From NCBI GenBank assembly GCA_964016885.1, contig OZ024741.1, positions 188,852,001 through 188,916,000 on the forward strand: DNA of 64,000 bases, written 5' to 3'. Within the stretch, counting starts at the first letter, position 1, and each line of letters begins with the position of its first letter. This DNA is from Eledone cirrhosa. Lineage: Eukaryota. Both the position numbers and the translations under genes were made by a program. This document shows, in pieces, positions 58,055 through 64,000 of this stretch. The notes beneath the pieces were generated by a model. It was not told the origin of the DNA, searched no databases, and saw only the letters and a program-made list of their open reading frames with translations.

Positions 58055-58100
<46 letters not shown>

Positions 58101-58931
58101 AGACGTAAGATAAGAAAATTATAAAATTAACTTACTTACTAAAATATCACTTCCAACTAATTAGTTTCTGGAATGGAGTAGATACATCTTCCGAAGAAGG
58201 TGTAGAGAAACATCCCGTCATCAGGAAAGTCAATTCTCATATAAGTTCCAGGCAAAGCGAGGACACTGGAAGCTTATTAAAAATAAATCAGTGAATAGGA
58301 AATAGCAAAGCGTGGACTTACTTCCTAGCCATTGAGAAAATCACTGCCTCTGTGTCTGTGGCAAATTCAAAAAGAATCGAACACGTGACAACGAGGTCAA
58401 TCGGTGGAAAGTGGGTTGTTATTAAGACAGCGGCTAGCCTGCTACCGTAGCAGCAGTCATGGCCAGTATTGCTCGACAAATATTTTGGAGATAATAATAA
58501 AGAATTTATATCTAGTTTTATAATTTTCTTATCTTACGTCTCTTATATTATTGTTCTGCAACCCCATGCATTGAACCACAATGTTATTAAGACAAAACCT
58601 ATATATTTGCTAGCATTGATATGCATCTGTATGTATATATATGTTACTAGATATAAATTCTTTATTATTATCTCCAAAATATTTGTCGAGCAATACTGGC
58701 CATGACTGCTGCTACAGTAGCAGGCTAGCCGCTGTCTTATTAACAACCCACTTTCCACCGATTGACCTCGTTGTCACGTGTTCGATTCTTTTTGAATTTG
58801 CCACAGACACAGAGGCAGTGATTTTCTCAATGGCTAGGAAGTAAGTCCACGCTTTGCTATTTCCTATTCACTGATTTATTTTTAATAAGCTTCCAGTGTC
58901 CTCGCTTTGCCTGGAACTTATATGAGAATTG

Positions 58932-59013
58932 ACTTTCCTGATGATGGGATGTTTCTCTACACCTTCTTCGGAAGATGTATCTACTCCATTCCAGAAACTA
59001 ATTAGTTGGAAGT
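58932..59013 (+). ncRNA. Type I hammerhead ribozyme with long stem II (mirror copy on the minus strand at 58149-58230)
   Basis: actttc-CTGATGA-[tgggatg..tacaccttc ttcg gaagatgta..cattcca]-GAAAC-taatta-GTT-ggaagt. Confidence 0.85.
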
Positions 59014-59182
59014 GATATTTTAGTAAGTAAGTTAATTTTATAATTTTCTTATCTTACGTCTCTTATATTATTGTTCTGCAACCCCATGCATTGAACCACA
59101 ATGTTATTAAGACAAAACCTATATATTTGCTAGCATCGATATGCATTTGTATGTATATATATGTTACTAGATATAAATTCTT

Positions 59183-59223
<41 letters not shown>

Positions 59224-59224
59224 G

Positions 59225-59260
<36 letters not shown>

Positions 59261-59566
59261 GTATATGTTTACATACAGAGAGAGAGAAACTGGCTAAAAA
59301 CATTTCCTTATGTTGCAAATAATTTCCAAGATCTTAAGAACTTTTGAAGTATGGGCTATTAGCTGTAATCAGAATAATATAATACATTTACCAAAATTCT
59401 TGTCTGTATATCTGCAAAAATGGAATTTAAGCACCTGCTAGAATATAGAATTTACATTCCTCATTAAAGTCTCTGATAGTGTAGCTATAAAGCAGTTATG
59501 TATGTATGTATGTAAAGTATGTATGTATGTAAAGTATGTATGTATGTAAAGTATGTATGTATGTAA

Positions 59567-62500
59567 AGTAGCTCTCTCAGAACCACTGACATTTGAGGAG
59601 GTTGTAGTAGCTATCTTGAAGCTGAACAGAGGAAAGTCTCTAGGTATGGATGGCATACATACAGAGCTCTTACAATATGGTGGTGAGAGACTTCTGCGAC
59701 ATCTTCACTCTTTGGTTGGCAGGATATGGACTAGTGAATCCGTACCTGAGGACTGGAGAGATGCAGTAATGGTAGTCTTGTACAAGGGAAAGGGCAACAA
59801 GAATGATTATGGAAACTACAGTGGTATATCATTGCTTTCTGTCATAGGAAAACATTTATGTAGGGTGCTTCTGGACCGTCTGCTGACACACATTGCAGAT
59901 TGTGTTCTTCCTGAAAGTCAATCTGGTTTTCGTGCTGGATGCGGCACTACTGATATGATCTTCTCAGCTAGACAGTTCCAGGAGAAGTGCATGGAACAAA
60001 GTTTGGATCTGTATCACGTTTTTGTCGATCTGACAAAAGCTTTCGATACTGTTAACAGAAATGCATTTTGGAAGGTTCTTCAGAAACTTGGTTGCCCTGA
60101 TAAGTTCCTTGCTTTGGTTAGGTCTTTCCATGATGACATGTAGGCTTGGGTTAATGTCAGAGATAACATGTCGGAGCCTATCTCAGTGAAAAATGGAGTG
60201 AAACAGGGGGACATTCCAGCACCGACTCTGTTTGCCATATACTTTGCGATGGTTTTCTATATTGCATTCAGGGATTGCAAGCATGGTGTTTACAACTACT
60301 ATCAAACCTCTGGTAGCATATTTAACATCATGCACTTTGCTGCAAAAACAAAAGTATTTACCTCAATCATAAGAGACCTCTTGTATGCAGATGATTGCGA
60401 TCTTGTAGCGCACACAGAGATTGATATGCAGCACATTTTGAATGCATTTTCTGATGATTGCACTACCCTAGGATTGACTCAGTCTCAAGAAAACCATCAT
60501 CATGTAATAACCTGCCCCTGGTAAGCAGTACAGTGAAGCAATTATCTATGTGTATGGAAAAAGACTTGGAGTGGTCGATCAGTTTGTCTGCCTGGGAAGC
60601 ACTGCCAATCAATACAGTAATCTTGATAATGAAATTCCACTCAGGATTAGGAAAGCAAGTGATGCTTTCGGAAAGTTAGAAAGGCGACTCTGGGGTCGGC
60701 GAGATATATGCAAGAAAACAAAGGTAAAGGTGTACAAGGCATGTGTGCTCTCTTCACTTCTTTATGCCTGCAAGACCTGGGTCACATATCACCACCTTAA
60801 ACAATTGGAACGTTTCCATCAGATGTGCCTCAGACGGATCCATGGTGTTCACTGGAGGGACCACATCAGTGATGTCGAGATTTTGGAAAGCTCTCTGTGT
60901 GAAAGTATAGAAGCTCTTGTACTTAAGCAACGACTCTGATGGAGTGGTTACCTTACTAGGATGAAGGATTCTAGTATACTGAAACAACTCTTTTATGGAA
61001 AGTTAGTTAAAAGAAAACGACCCCCACATAAACCAAAAAAGGGGTATAAGTATTCGTTGAAAGACGTTAACATCTCTGCTGATACATGGGAAAACATAGC
61101 TGCTGATCGTAATAAATGGAGAAAGATTGTATTTGAGGGGAAAGTTGTTTTTGAAACATCTCGAATCGCATATGAAAAGTAAAAAGGGATGTGAGGAAAG
61201 GAATTACTGTTGCATTCCCAGACAGCAAAGGTCCTATGGCACTGACATGCAGCGTCTGTGCGAAACTCTGCCTCCGCAAAGCTGGACTTGAAAATCATCA
61301 TTGCAGTCATAAAGTGAGACCAGTGGTTGACTACCAGGCTGCTGTTGGAGATGTTACTCATCATGCCTATCAAGCACGTGGAAGAGAGTGTAGATCAGCA
61401 GGAGGGCTCAAACGACATGCAAAACGACGGGCAGGAAGACCGACCGACTGACCGACCGTTTCTCATCCTTGTGTACAGCATTTGGGCTTACAATCAGCCT
61501 TAAAAAGACCAAAGTAATGTTCACCCCTGATCCTGAGGAACCATATAATGAATCCCATATCATGGTTGATCGAACCAGGTTGGGAGTAGTAGATAAATTT
61601 GTCTACTTGGGTAACACACACTCAGATGATGGTTCCTTGGATGCTGAAATACATTTGCACATCCAGAAGGCCTTTGTTGCCTTCAGAAAATTGAAAAAGA
61701 GAGTTTGGGCAAATCACAACATTACCAACAATACCAAGGTGTGTGTGTGAAGATCATGTGTTCTCTCTGCTCTTTTATACTCTGCTGGAACCTGGACACT
61801 ATTCTGCAAACACACCAAATTGCTTGAGTGTCTTCAGTAGAAATGTTTAAGGCACATATTCAACTTCAAGCGGCAAGACAGAACTCCTGACATCCATGTC
61901 CTTATCAAAGCAGAATGTACAAACATTGAGTACCAAGTAACATCTCAAATCCGCATGAAAGAAAGCAGGATCCCGAAGCAACTGTTTTATGGTGAGCTCC
62001 ATCTTGGAAAAAGGCCTCAACACAAACCAAAAATGAAGTTCAGGTACAGCATGAAGAACAACCTCAAAGATCTGGCATTTGATGTAGACAACTGGGAGGA
62101 GATAGCTCTAAACAGGACTGAGTGGAGAAAGCGCATAAAGGGCAGTTGCAAAACTTTTGAGGAATGTCGTCTCTAGAACATAAACAACTGAAGTGTCAGC
62201 TCTGGAAGGGCTGTGCTCACAGTCTTGATGAAGTCATCAGTAGTTGGACATGGAAATGCTGTCAACGTGTACCCCTCACAAAGGTTGGTTATGTTAATCA
62301 CCTGAAGTCACATGAAAGGATAACCACCCGCAACATCACTCAACAAAGACCTGGTGAAACAACATGCAAATGTGTAGAACTAGTTCCAGACTAAAAAAAA
62401 CACATGGTGGTACATTAAGATTGTGTCCCACAGGGAGACCCCACCGCTCCTGTGCAAAGCACAACTCTCTTCTGTCACCTGTGTCTTAAACCATGCAGAT

Positions 62501-62590
62501 CTGCAGCTGGTCTATAAAGTCATCTATGAAGTCATGGACGCAGATGGGATGATAATGGAAAATCAATAAGAGACAGCAATCATCTGTGAA
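59567..62590 (+). mobile_element. Degenerate RTE (BovB-like) LINE, two fused fragments with C-terminal C2H2-like fingers
   Basis: VLPESQSGFR, FVDLTKAFDTV, GVKQG, LLYADD, KQLFYG.L..G.R. The post-RT region occurs twice (60460-61440 and 61470-62590). Confidence 0.9.
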
Positions 62591-63528
62591 GATGCTGCAA
62601 TCCTCAAGTATGTATGTGTATGTAGGTCGGTTGGTATATAAGTATGTACATATGTCTAAGTATGTAATGTGTTGGACCACCATCATTTCCAACAACAAGT
62701 GTTCCATTTGTTTGACCAACAGAAAAACCTGATCATTAAATTAACATACAAGTAGCTGAGCATTTCACCGACATGTGCACCCTTAACATAGTTCTCAGGC
62801 AGATTCAGCATGTCACAAAATGTGACAAGGTTTGTCCTTTGAACCACAGTTACTACTAATTTTTCCCAGTTAAGTGAAATGGAGCAAGGTGAAATAAAGT
62901 GTCTTGCTCAAAGACAAAATGCACCATCAGAAATCAAACTTAGGTCCTTACATTTGTGAGTCAAATATCCTAACAACTAAGTCACGTGCCTTCAGATGTA
63001 TGTAGAGTTTATCTCTTTAACATTTACATTACTCTACTGTTATACTTTCATAATAAAGTCTTTATCTTACATAATAGTCTCACATAATATGGAATGTACA
63101 AGGTTTTGATGTTGATATTATTTATTTTGAGAACAATACCTTAATGTTAGTATGAGTGGCCAGTTATGGCCAGTTTGAACAGAAAGAGGTGAGATAATTC
63201 TGGTTGGATATGGCCGGTTTAACTGCTAAAAGGTTAAAACAATGATGTAAAATTATTTGTGTTTTGTGCAAAAATTGGTGTAAATAACTGCAGTATTCAG
63301 AAGTGTATAGCAGAACAAAATACTGGGTTGATAGGATATAATCAAAGATCATTGTTTAACCAGATTGTACCAACTAGAAAGACTAAACATTTGGTTTTTG
63401 AGATGGTTTGGTACTCATTAAAAGAATAGTTGTCAATCTGTTTGGTATGCTAAATCTCTTTGATATTTTATATCAATAAATCTTGAAAACTTTGATATTT
63501 TGCATATATTATGATTATTATATTGCAG

Positions 63529-63637
63529 TTGGTATCCATCAATAATAAACATATTTAAAAATAGTAATACAGTGAAGATGAAAGGAACTAAGCTGGACTC
63601 CTTCTACACATCTATCACCACCATTCTGTCAAATGAG
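63529..63637 (+). CDS. DNAH12: DNAH12-like coding exon E
   Basis: ttgcAG acceptor and GTaaga donor, phase 2-0. Translates WYPSIINIFKNSNTVKMKGTKLDSFYTSITTILSNE, compare recalled DNAH12 WYPKVINLF...KLDAFYSCVSTLMSNQ. Confidence 0.87.
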
Positions 63638-64000
63638 GTAAGAAGTTTCTTTTTAATATTATTATTATACAGGCATAACTATGTGGCTAAGAAGTTTGCT
63701 TAGCAATCATGTGGTTTTGGGTTCACCTTGAGTTGACTAGTAAATTACCAGTCATGTAATGTGATTGATTTAATTGGCTTTCATCTTCTCCATCCCAAAT
63801 ATGTTTTATTTAGAAATCATTGTTAGAGGGTTGGATTGGCAGACTGATTAGAGCTTTGGACAAAATGCTTTTACATTCTGTGTTCAAATCCCACCGATGC
63901 CAACTTTGCCTTTCATCTTTCTGGGGTCAATGAAATAATGTACCAGCCAAGTACCAGAGTTGATTTAATCAACTTTCCCCTTCTGCCAAATTACTGATCC

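Noticed and set aside
57976-58056. Short TA-flanked insert with CGAAACGG and CGAAGG/CCTTCG pairing
   Set aside because: It lacks a CTGANGA core and is too short to classify.

Overview
AT-rich animal genomic DNA, not prokaryotic. The SINE, RTE and microsatellite landscape suggests a cephalopod such as octopus (inference). The first 10.5 kb is a 34-bp satellite array. Most of the rest is intron of a plus-strand axonemal dynein heavy chain gene (DNAH12-like): five short exons missed by the ORF track splice in frame across introns of about 8, 7, 10 and 23 kb. The introns hold RTE LINE fragments, two tRNA-derived SINE families, a DD37D (maT) transposon, Helitrons, an internally deleted LTR element, an L1/Tx1 fragment and a near-complete Penelope-like retroelement (RT plus GIY-YIG, Naiad-like). 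The most striking signal is about a dozen loci with type I hammerhead-ribozyme motifs from several unrelated short non-coding elements. Most sit beside (TA)n tracts, and several form long fold-back palindromes or 1.3-unit tandem copies. This looks like a diverse population of retrozyme-like, non-autonomous Penelope partners. All calls were made by eye, and coordinates of degenerate repeats are approximate.
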